Positions 1 through 7,909 of a DNA stretch of 64,000 bases are shown here, piece after piece (position 1 is the stretch's first letter; each line of letters opens with the position of its first letter). A model generated the notes under the pieces. That model was not told the origin of the DNA. It did no database searches and worked only from the letters and a program-made list of their open reading frames with translations. This DNA comes from Rickettsiales bacterium (GTDB taxonomy: Bacteria; Pseudomonadota; Alphaproteobacteria; Rickettsiales; UBA1997), in contig JAGNLL010000003.1 of assembly GCA_017999675.1 (NCBI GenBank), positions 74,071 through 138,070 on the forward strand, written 5' to 3'. Made by a program: the position numbers and the translations under genes.

Positions 1-564
1 TTTTGCTGGAATTGTCGCAACGTCCGCACCCATTCTAGCAGCGGCTGTGATGTGGATTGGGTTTCTGATTGAAGCCACCAAAACTTCGGTTTTAAATTCT
101 GGGTAGTTAGCGTAAATGTCGCAGATTTCTTCAATTAGCATCATTCCGTCTTGGCCAATGTCGTCAAGTCTGCCAACGAATGGTGACACAAAAGTTGCGC
201 CAGCTTTTGCAGCTAAAATTGCTTGAGCGGCAGAAAAGCAAAGGGTCACGTTAGTTTGCACGCCTTTGTCTGAAAAATATTTGCAGGCTTTAAGTCCGTC
301 CAGTGTCATTGGCAATTTGATGCAAACGTTTTTGGCAATTTTGCTTAAAATTTCGCCTTCACGAACCATGTTGTCGTAGTCAGTTGCGGCAACTTCGGCG
401 CTCACTGGGCCTGTCACAATTTTGCAAATTTCAGCAATTACTTCTTTAAAATCGCGACCAGATTTAGCGATTAAACTTGGGTTAGTAGTCACGCCATCAA
501 GCAGCCCGTAAGCCGCGATTTCTTTGATTTCAGAGATTTCAGCAGAGTCGATGAAGAATTTCAT
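1..564 (-). CDS. tal: transaldolase, short Fsa/TalC type; the C-terminal end runs off the window
   Basis: Not in the ORF track. My own minus-strand translation from the ATG at 564-562 gives [39 protein letters not shown]..., matching the FxDSA and GVTTNPSL signatures of short transaldolases. Confidence 0.8.
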   Translation of the reverse strand, partial: MKFFIDSAEISEIKEIAAYGLLDGVTTNPSLIAKSGRDFKEVIAEICKIVTGPVSAEVAATDYDNMVREGEILSKIAKNVCIKLPMTLDGLKACKYFSDKGVQTNVTLCFSAAQAILAAKAGATFVSPFVGRLDDIGQDGMMLIEEICDIYANYPEFKTEVLVASIRNPIHITAAARMGADVATIPAK

Positions 565-646
565 AAAGTTGTTTTGTTTGAAGTTTTAAGGGGGGAAAAT
601 ACTGACGCGCAAACTAGCTTCACGCAAACCTCTTTTCAACCTCTTA

Positions 647-2614
647 ATGTCAAAAATATTCGCCCAAGTTTTGTTGCCCTTGGCGCTTGACGAACCCTTT
701 AGCTATTTGGCTGAAGAGCCAGTCGAGTGCGGTGACGTCGTGCGCGTAGAATTTGGTCGCAAAGAAATTTGGGGAGTGGTTGTTGGCACGTCAAAAACAC
801 CGCCAGAAAAAATTTCTGAGAACAAAATTAAAAAAATTTTAGAAATAAATTCGCGCCTAAAACTTAGCGAAAATCAGCTAAAATTTATTGAGACGATTGC
901 GAGCTACAACCTTGGTAGTCGCGGCTTGGTGCTGCGTGCCTTTATTGGAATTTTAAATTCTGACAAGGTCAAAAAAATTCCTGAAGGCTTGGTACAAAAA
1001 GTTGAGCCAGAAAATTTTCACTTAAAAAAACTGCTGCCAAAACAACAGGAAGTCTTTGACGAGTTACGCGACAAAACGCCGCCAGTAAGCCTTCTAGACG
1101 GTGTGACTGGTTCGGGCAAAACCGAAATTTACTTTGCGTTAATTGCAAAAATTTTAGCCGAAAAACCAAGCTCACAAATTTTAATTCTGCTGCCAGAAAT
1201 CGCTCTAACCAGCCAATTGCTACTACGCTTCGAGGAACAATTTAAATTTCCTCCAGCACTTTGGCACTCAAAAATTTCTAAAAAAGACAAGCGTGAAATT
1301 TTCTACGGCGTCACGCAAGGCTCAGTTCGCGTCTTAATTGGCGCGCGCTCAGCGCTTTTACTACCTTTCAAAAATCTGCAATTAATTGTTGTCGACGAAG
1401 AACACGACACCTCTTTTAAACAAGAAGACGTCTTCAACTTTCACGCCCGCGACATGTGCGTTGTGAAGGCGAAGTTAGAAAATTTTCCGGTGATTTTATC
1501 TTCCGCAACACCAGCGGTTGAAACTTACGCCAACGCGGTTTTGGGCAAATACCACCACTTCATTTTAGAGCAAAGATTTGGTCAAAAAAACGACATTGAA
1601 TTGGTCGATTTGCGTCGCGAAAAAATGCAATCAAACGAATTTTTGTCGCAAAAATTACGCAGCGAAATGGCGTTAAATTTGGCAAAAAATAAACAGACTT
1701 TGCTTTTTTTAAATCGCCGCGGATACGCGCCAGTCACGCTTTGCAAAACTTGCGGCAAAAAATACCAATGCGGAGATTGCGACTTTCATTTGGTGCTGCA
1801 CAAGTCGAAACAAAAACTAATTTGCCACCATTGCGGCCACCAAGAAAAATCACTTTTAGAGTGCAAATTTTGTGGCGAGAAAGACGCGTTAATTTCGGTT
1901 GGGGTGGGCGTTGAAAAAGTTGAAGAAGAGGTGCGTCGCATTTTTCCAACAGCGCGAATTGCCCTTGTCACCAGCGACAACGTGACCAGTTTTGACGAGG
2001 TCGACAAGCTGGTAAAACAAATTTTAAATCGCGAAATCGACGTAATTATTGGCACACAAATGATTGCCAAAGGTCACGATTTTCCCGACCTGAATTTGGT
2101 TGGGATCATTGACGCTGACGCAATGCTTTACAGCTCTGAGCTGCGAGCGCTAGAAAAAACCTACCAAATTTTAACGCAAGTAATTGGGCGCGCCGGCAGA
2201 CGTGACGAATGCGGAAAAATTGTGATTCAAACTTTCAATCCACAAAATTTTATTTTCGAAAAAATCGTCAAAAGTGACAAAAAAAACTTTTACGAATTTG
2301 AAATTAAAAACCGCGAAACCATGGAATTGCCTCCATTTTCAAGGCTTGCCAAGTTTGAGATTAGTTCGTTTTCAGAAGGAGAGGCGAAAAATTTTGCGAA
2401 AAAATTAATTAGTCATTTTCCGGTGAGTGACAAAATTGAGCTCTTCGGCCCAGCGCCAGCGCCTTTGCAGCGTTTAAAAAATCGTCACCACTTTTTGGTG
2501 AACTTAAAAACTTCGAAAAAAACCAACTTGCAAAAGTTAATTTCTGACGTGATTAGCACACTAGAAGTGCCAAAATCTGTTCGCATTAGAATCGACGTCG
2601 ACCCAGTGAATTAG
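647..2614 (+). CDS. priA: primosomal protein N' (replication restart helicase PriA)
   Basis: Walker A GVTGSGKTE, DEEH box VVDEEHD, and the Cys-rich zinc motif CKTCGKKYQCGDCDFHLVLH..CHHCG..CKFCG. The 655-aa length is typical. Confidence 0.95.
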   Translation: MSKIFAQVLLPLALDEPFSYLAEEPVECGDVVRVEFGRKEIWGVVVGTSKTPPEKISENKIKKILEINSRLKLSENQLKFIETIASYNLGSRGLVLRAFIGILNSDKVKKIPEGLVQKVEPENFHLKKLLPKQQEVFDELRDKTPPVSLLDGVTGSGKTEIYFALIAKILAEKPSSQILILLPEIALTSQLLLRFEEQFKFPPALWHSKISKKDKREIFYGVTQGSVRVLIGARSALLLPFKNLQLIVVDEEHDTSFKQEDVFNFHARDMCVVKAKLENFPVILSSATPAVETYANAVLGKYHHFILEQRFGQKNDIELVDLRREKMQSNEFLSQKLRSEMALNLAKNKQTLLFLNRRGYAPVTLCKTCGKKYQCGDCDFHLVLHKSKQKLICHHCGHQEKSLLECKFCGEKDALISVGVGVEKVEEEVRRIFPTARIALVTSDNVTSFDEVDKLVKQILNREIDVIIGTQMIAKGHDFPDLNLVGIIDADAMLYSSELRALEKTYQILTQVIGRAGRRDECGKIVIQTFNPQNFIFEKIVKSDKKNFYEFEIKNRETMELPPFSRLAKFEISSFSEGEAKNFAKKLISHFPVSDKIELFGPAPAPLQRLKNRHHFLVNLKTSKKTNLQKLISDVISTLEVPKSVRIRIDVDPVN

Positions 2615-2752
2615 GGGCTAAAGAGCAGGAAAATCAAATTTTCACACCCCGTGACACTTGGCCCACTGTTTGACTAACAACTTGACCAACATGTTGGTCA
2701 AGTTTGTGACCAACAAAATTCATTTTACAAAATTTGACCGAGCTAGCGGCGC

Positions 2753-2793
2753 AAAAAAAGGCGGCCAATTTTTTAAAAACTGACCGCCTTTTA
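2753..2793. terminator. bidirectional hairpin terminator between convergent priA and the DHS-like gene
   Basis: Stem AGGCGGCCA / TGACCGCCT is flanked by an A-run upstream and a T-run downstream. The single mismatch becomes a G-U wobble only in the minus-strand RNA. Confidence 0.6.
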
Positions 2794-2812
2794 AGAAATT
2801 TAGTAGCTTGGA

Positions 2813-3832
2813 CTACGCAAACATTTTGGCAAAATTTCTTCTTTTGCGCTTTTTCCAAAAACCACGGTGGTAAGCGTCAGATGCCAAAAGAGGCACAACT
2901 GAAGTAGCTTCAGCAAAAACCATTTGTTCAAAAGTTGTGTCAACTTTGCCCCAAGAGCAGGCTTCTTTTAGAGTTGAAGAAGAGCAAGCGCCGTCGCGAG
3001 AATCGGCCACAGTGATTTGCACGGCGTATTTGTGCATGTCAGCTTCAATGCCTAAAATTTCGGCGCAAACAACGGTGTCTTGCACGAAATTTTTTGGCAC
3101 ACCACCACCAATCATTAGAAGACCAGTTGTGCCGGCTTTAATTTTGATGTCGGTTAATTCTCTGAAATCAGCAATTGAGTCCATCGTCATGTGCTTTTTT
3201 GGGTTTTTAACTTGGTGTAAAACCAAACCAAAACCAGCGGAAGAGTCGGTGAAAGCTGGGCAGAAAATTGGCACATTGTGGTCGTAGGCTAGCTCGATTA
3301 GAGATTCTTTTTTCTTAGCGTGCTTTTTCAAATATTTTCCCATTTCCCAGATAAACTCACGAGACGAGTAAGGACGGGATTCTAGAGAGTTGGCAATTTT
3401 GTAAATTGTGCCGTCGCAGTTTTGTAAATCTTTTTCATCGATGTAAGTGTCGTAAATTCTGTCGATGTAATTTTTGCGTAAGAATTGGTCATCAATGAAT
3501 GGCGTGCCTTGGTAATGTTTGAAACCAAGAGCTTCAAAGAAATCCATGTCTACAATTGAGGCGCCTGTCGCAACAATTGCATCAACCATGCCGTATTTAA
3601 CCATGTCGGCGTAAACTTTCATACAGCCACCAGCAGAGGTTGAACCAGCCAAAGTTAAGATCACTGAGCAATCTTTGTCTTTTTGCATCATGTTGAAAAT
3701 CTCAGTCGCACGAGCCAAATCACGCGAGGTGAAAGACATGTGATCCATTTGATCAATGATTGGGCGAGCATCAAATGAAGTGATGTCAATATGCTTAACT
3801 GGGCGCTTTAAAAGCTCTTTTTTAGTGACCAT
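2813..3832 (-). CDS. deoxyhypusine synthase-like protein (possible homospermidine synthase-type enzyme)
   Basis: DHS-family motifs LAGSTSAGG, VDAIVATGASIVDMD and GGGVPKNF are present. The catalytic-lysine context EACSWGKVD resembles eukaryotic EAVSWGK. Confidence 0.8.
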   Translation of the reverse strand: MVTKKELLKRPVKHIDITSFDARPIIDQMDHMSFTSRDLARATEIFNMMQKDKDCSVILTLAGSTSAGGCMKVYADMVKYGMVDAIVATGASIVDMDFFEALGFKHYQGTPFIDDQFLRKNYIDRIYDTYIDEKDLQNCDGTIYKIANSLESRPYSSREFIWEMGKYLKKHAKKKESLIELAYDHNVPIFCPAFTDSSAGFGLVLHQVKNPKKHMTMDSIADFRELTDIKIKAGTTGLLMIGGGVPKNFVQDTVVCAEILGIEADMHKYAVQITVADSRDGACSSSTLKEACSWGKVDTTFEQMVFAEATSVVPLLASDAYHRGFWKKRKRRNFAKMFA

Positions 3833-3861
3833 TTTTTGTAAATAAGTTAGTTGGGGAAAAT

Positions 3862-5178
3862 TTATTCAGCAGCTGTTGCTAGCTCTTCTTGCTCTTCTTC
3901 TTCGCGATACATTGAAACCATCGGCTCGTCTGTCACTTCAATTTGAAGATTTTTGTTAAATCCGTTAAATTCGGTTCTAATGCTACGAGAGTAAGCACCA
4001 AGCTGACCAATTTCGATGTAGTCACCTTCAGCGATATTTTCTGGCAAGTAGAATGGACCCTTCATTGAATCAAGTGAATCGCAGGTTGGGCCGTAGAATC
4101 CGAAAGGAATATTGTTGGAAGAAAGCGCTTCTGAATTTTTAACGCGCAGCGCTTTTGACGGATAAATAAAGCCCGGAAAACCAGCGTCAAATAAGCCACC
4201 GTAAGTGCCGTCGTTTAAGTAAAGCATGTTCTTTTTTCTCGCTTCAACACGCACCAAAAGTGAACCAGATTCTGCAACTAAAGCGCGACCCGGTTCGCAC
4301 CAGATGCGACATTTTTTGTCGAGACCCATTTGGTTAATTGCGTCAAAAATTTCGTCAAAATAGGCGCTTAAATTTGGCGGAGTCATGCCTGGGTAAGAAG
4401 AAGGAAAGCCACCGCCAACGTCAATTACGTCTGGTTTAACTTTTGCTTGCTCGAGAAGCTCTTTGGTAATGTTAAGTGCGTTGCGGTATTCTGTAGGCTC
4501 CATGCATTGCGAACCAACGTGAAAGCAAATGCCAAATCTTTTTGCTGAAGCTCTAACTTTGCGCAAAAGTGAAACTGATTCAGAAGGCAAAATTCCAAAT
4601 TTGCCCGACAAATCGATTGCCGCATGCGAATTAGCAATTGCTAGGCGCACGTGCAAACCAAGGTCTTTAGCGCCATTGGTCACTTCAAGAATCTTTTTTA
4701 ATTCGTCAGATGAATCGAGTGAAAAATCGCGAATGCCGTGGTTAAAATAAGCGTCAAAAATTGCTTCGCGTGATTTTACTGGGTGCATAAAATACATGCT
4801 CACCGCGTCACCGAAAAGATCTTTGATTAGTTTAACTTCGGCCATTGAAGCAACGTCAAAATGCTTAACGCCAGCTGCAAACAAGTGTTTTAAAACTGTT
4901 GAGTCGGGATTGCTTTTTACCGAATAAAGGATGTCGCTGGCAAATTTTGGAGTCTGAAAATTTTCTAAGAAAAATTTTGCTGCGCGCTTAATTGAATTTG
5001 GGCGAATGAAATAAACCGGAATTGACGGCTTTAATTCTGCAACTGTACTTTCAACTGTGGAGATTTTTTTAGCTGATCTTTTGGGAGATTGCTTTGGTCC
5101 CTTGGTGGAATTTTGTGCGTTAAACAAATAGTGAATTTTCGAGTTTGAGACTCGACCCTGTTCCAGCTCTTTTCCCAT
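3862..5178 (-). CDS. group IV PLP-dependent decarboxylase, eukaryote-type ornithine decarboxylase-like
   Basis: YSVKSN (PLP lysine), GGGFP, CEPGRALVAE and GPTCDSLD motifs. The N-terminal ~45 aa are K/S-rich, so the true start is uncertain. Confidence 0.8.
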   Translation of the reverse strand: MGKELEQGRVSNSKIHYLFNAQNSTKGPKQSPKRSAKKISTVESTVAELKPSIPVYFIRPNSIKRAAKFFLENFQTPKFASDILYSVKSNPDSTVLKHLFAAGVKHFDVASMAEVKLIKDLFGDAVSMYFMHPVKSREAIFDAYFNHGIRDFSLDSSDELKKILEVTNGAKDLGLHVRLAIANSHAAIDLSGKFGILPSESVSLLRKVRASAKRFGICFHVGSQCMEPTEYRNALNITKELLEQAKVKPDVIDVGGGFPSSYPGMTPPNLSAYFDEIFDAINQMGLDKKCRIWCEPGRALVAESGSLLVRVEARKKNMLYLNDGTYGGLFDAGFPGFIYPSKALRVKNSEALSSNNIPFGFYGPTCDSLDSMKGPFYLPENIAEGDYIEIGQLGAYSRSIRTEFNGFNKNLQIEVTDEPMVSMYREEEEQEELATAAE

Positions 5179-5414
5179 TTCTTTGTCGGGGTTAAAATTA
5201 AGTAAAAGAAGATAAAAAGACTTAATTTTTGCTCAAATTTTAACACGTTGCCAAGCCTTGATATTACTGGCTCGGCGCCACTATTTTTGAACGCAATTTT
5301 TTTTGAAGAGGGCGCAAGGTAGGAACTGTTTTTTATTTGTAAATAAATAATCCAAATAAAAATTTGTGGGGTAATTAGAGGTGGGTTTTTTTGAGGAAAA
5401 TTTGGCTAAGATGT

Positions 5415-6323
5415 TTAGCTCAAAAACTGCAAAATTGCCTGCCTAACAGCAACACCAGCTTCAACTTGCTCAAGGATCAAACTGAATTTTTCATCGTCAG
5501 CAAGTGCTGAAGAAATTTCTACGTCGCGATTAATTGGTCCGGGATGAAGCACCAGCACATCAGGCTTGGCGGCTTTTAGTTTTTGGTGAGTTAAGCCAAA
5601 AAGTTTAAAATATTCCGACAGGCTTGGAATGTAGCAGCCAAGCATTCTTTCTTGTTGAATGCGCAGCATCATTACAACGTCAACACCTGCAATTCCTTGC
5701 TCTAGCGACTCAAAAACCTCAACGCCCCATTTTTCTTTAAGCCAATTTCGGTAGTCGCAAGTGATTAAAGTTGGCGGCGTAATCACGCGAATTTCGCAAC
5801 CAAATTTTTTTAACAACTTAATGTTAGAGCGCGCCACTCTTGAGTGCAAAACGTCGCCACAAATTGCGATTTTTAAATTTTGCAAAGTTTTTTTGTGCTG
5901 CAAAATTACGAATGAATCGAGCAACGCTTGGCTTGGATGCTCATTAGTGCCGTCTCCAGCGTTAATCAGCGAAGCAGAGATGTGCTGCTTTAAAAGCTGG
6001 CAAATGCCGCTGCCATTGTGACGAATCGCGACAAAATTTGGATTCATCGCGTTGATTGTTTTGGCAGTGTCGATGATTGATTCGCCTTTTTTTAGAGACG
6101 AAAGCGAGATGTCGATATTGACCACCTCAGCGCCCATGCGCTTGGCAGCAATTTCAAATGAAGTGCGAGTGCGGGTAGAATTTTCGAAAAAGAAATTTAC
6201 GAGAATTTTTCCAGCAAGTTCTTGGCTTTGATTTAGAGATTTTCTAAAGAATTTTTCTGCTGAATTGTGGATTTCATTAACATCCTGGAGACTTAGCTGG
6301 TCTATGCTGATGAGATCCTTCAT
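5415..6323 (-). CDS. pyrB: aspartate carbamoyltransferase catalytic subunit
   Basis: STRTR, HPSQALLD and HPGP motifs; 302 aa. Confidence 0.92.
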   Translation of the reverse strand: MKDLISIDQLSLQDVNEIHNSAEKFFRKSLNQSQELAGKILVNFFFENSTRTRTSFEIAAKRMGAEVVNIDISLSSLKKGESIIDTAKTINAMNPNFVAIRHNGSGICQLLKQHISASLINAGDGTNEHPSQALLDSFVILQHKKTLQNLKIAICGDVLHSRVARSNIKLLKKFGCEIRVITPPTLITCDYRNWLKEKWGVEVFESLEQGIAGVDVVMMLRIQQERMLGCYIPSLSEYFKLFGLTHQKLKAAKPDVLVLHPGPINRDVEISSALADDEKFSLILEQVEAGVAVRQAILQFLS

Positions 6324-7262
6324 TTATGACTGTGCCTTGATTAGATGTTTAAAAATTTCTTCAAGATCGGGCTGCTTGGTTGAGATGTCTTTGATCTGAA
6401 TTTTGCTATCAGAAATTGTGTGGAGAATTTTTGCCACCGCAATTTTTTGTGGATCGTAAGTAATCGAGATTTTGTCCGCGGTCAAAAGTTTGGTTTGCAG
6501 CTCAGGAAACAACGCCAGCATTTTAGCGCCTTCAGCATCAGCGCAGCTAATAATTAGCTCTTTGCTTGAGAGCACATTCATCAAATTTTCTTTTTTGTCG
6601 CAGGCGATTACTTGGCCTTGATTGATAATGGCAATTTCGTCGCAAAGCTCTTCAGCTTCTTCGAGGTAATGCGTAGTCAACAGAATAGTGGTTCCCGCCT
6701 GATTTAATTTTTTTACGTAATTCCAAAGTTGGTTGCGCAACTCAACGTCAACGCCTGCGGTTGGCTCATCTAGCACTAAAATTTCTGGATTGTGAACCAA
6801 GGCTTTTGCCACAAGAAGTCTGCGGCGCATTCCGCCAGAAAGGCTACGAGGAGTTGACAGTGCTTTGTCTTTCAAACCCAGCGCTTCAATAATTTCGTCG
6901 GTACGGCGCTTAGATTTTTCAATTCCGTAATATCCAGCGTAAATTTCTAAGGTTTCGCGAACGTTGAAAAATGGGTCAATTACAAGCTCTTGCGGCACGA
7001 TGCCAATTTTAAATTTTGCCGCTTGTTGGTTTTGGTCGATGTCGATGCCGCCAATTTTTACCGAGCCAGAAGTTTTGTTGGTAAGGCCCGCAAGAATATT
7101 AATGATCGTCGATTTACCCGCACCGTTTGGGCCTAGAAGACCGAAGAACGAACCTTTTTTAATCTGCAAATCAATCGACTTTAGCGCGATTTTCTCCGCC
7201 GATTTTTTCGATTTTTTGTAAGTTTTGCTAAGGTTCGAAATTTCAATTGCGAGGCTGGTCAT
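6324..7262 (-). CDS. ABC transporter ATP-binding protein (ABC-2/DrrA-YadG type) with no adjacent permease
   Basis: Walker A GPNGAGKST, signature LSGGMRRR, Walker B LVLDEPTAG. It abuts pyrB (0-nt gap) and grxD (1-nt gap). Confidence 0.85.
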   Translation of the reverse strand: MTSLAIEISNLSKTYKKSKKSAEKIALKSIDLQIKKGSFFGLLGPNGAGKSTIINILAGLTNKTSGSVKIGGIDIDQNQQAAKFKIGIVPQELVIDPFFNVRETLEIYAGYYGIEKSKRRTDEIIEALGLKDKALSTPRSLSGGMRRRLLVAKALVHNPEILVLDEPTAGVDVELRNQLWNYVKKLNQAGTTILLTTHYLEEAEELCDEIAIINQGQVIACDKKENLMNVLSSKELIISCADAEGAKMLALFPELQTKLLTADKISITYDPQKIAVAKILHTISDSKIQIKDISTKQPDLEEIFKHLIKAQS

Positions 7263-7263
7263 G

Positions 7264-7584
7264 CTAGATGATCCCTTTTTCTTTCAGCATTTCTTGCAAC
7301 TCGCCAGACTGCGCCATTTCTTTTACGATGTCGCATCCACCAATGAACTCACCTTTGATGTAAAGCTGTGGAATTGTAGGCCAGTCAGAAAATTCTTTGA
7401 TGCCTTGCCTAACCTCTGGATCGCGCAAAACGTCAACATCAAGAAAATCTACACCCGCTGTTTTTAAAACATGCGAAACCGCTGCAGAAAAGCCGCATTG
7501 CGGAAAATCTTTGGTGCCTTTCATGTAAAGCACTACGTCGTTGGTTGAAACTGTTTCTTGGATTTTTTCTAAAATGTTAGTCAT
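7264..7584 (-). CDS. grxD: monothiol glutaredoxin (Grx4 family)
   Basis: CGFS active site in the context PQCGFS; the WPTIPQLYIKGEFIGG motif. Confidence 0.92.
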   Translation of the reverse strand: MTNILEKIQETVSTNDVVLYMKGTKDFPQCGFSAAVSHVLKTAGVDFLDVDVLRDPEVRQGIKEFSDWPTIPQLYIKGEFIGGCDIVKEMAQSGELQEMLKEKGII

Positions 7585-7601
7585 TGGAATTAAAAAATTA
7601 A

Positions 7602-7829
7602 TTAAGCTGAGGTCTTAAGCTGCATGGCGTGAAGCACGTCGCCGAGAATTTCTTTTAGAGCATTGTTCACCAATTTATGTTGCTCAACTCTGGTTTTACC
7701 AGCAAAAATTTTGTCGGTGATTTTAACGCTGTAGTGATTGTCGTCAGCAACTAAAGCCACCACTTCAATTTGCGCCTCTGGAAAATTTTCATGCAAAAGT
7801 TTTTCTAAATCTTTTTGAGCGATTGGCAT
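7602..7829 (-). CDS. bolA: BolA family protein
   Basis: BolA-like sequence sits directly upstream of grxD, the usual pairing. The track ORF begins at a TTG inside the pnp terminator T-tract, so I prefer the ATG at 7829 (MPIAQKDLEKL...). Confidence 0.75.
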   Translation of the reverse strand: MPIAQKDLEKLLHENFPEAQIEVVALVADDNHYSVKITDKIFAGKTRVEQHKLVNNALKEILGDVLHAMQLKTSA

Positions 7830-7854
7830 TTTTTTTAAAAATTTAAATTTTAGC

Positions 7855-7884
7855 AAAAAAAAGGCGGACCAAACGGCCCGCCTT
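7855..7884 (-). terminator. rho-independent terminator downstream of pnp
   Basis: Stem AGGCGGACC / GGCCCGCCT. The mismatch is a G-U wobble only on the minus-strand RNA, and a T-run follows on the minus strand. Confidence 0.7.
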
Positions 7885-7909
7885 TTTAATAGCGAATTGC
7901 GGTTAAAGA

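Noticed and set aside
2634-2858. A 74-aa minus-strand ORF in the priA/DHS-like intergenic region.
   Set aside because: It spans the bidirectional terminator and the palindrome and overlaps the end of the DHS-like gene. There is no RBS and no recognisable sequence.
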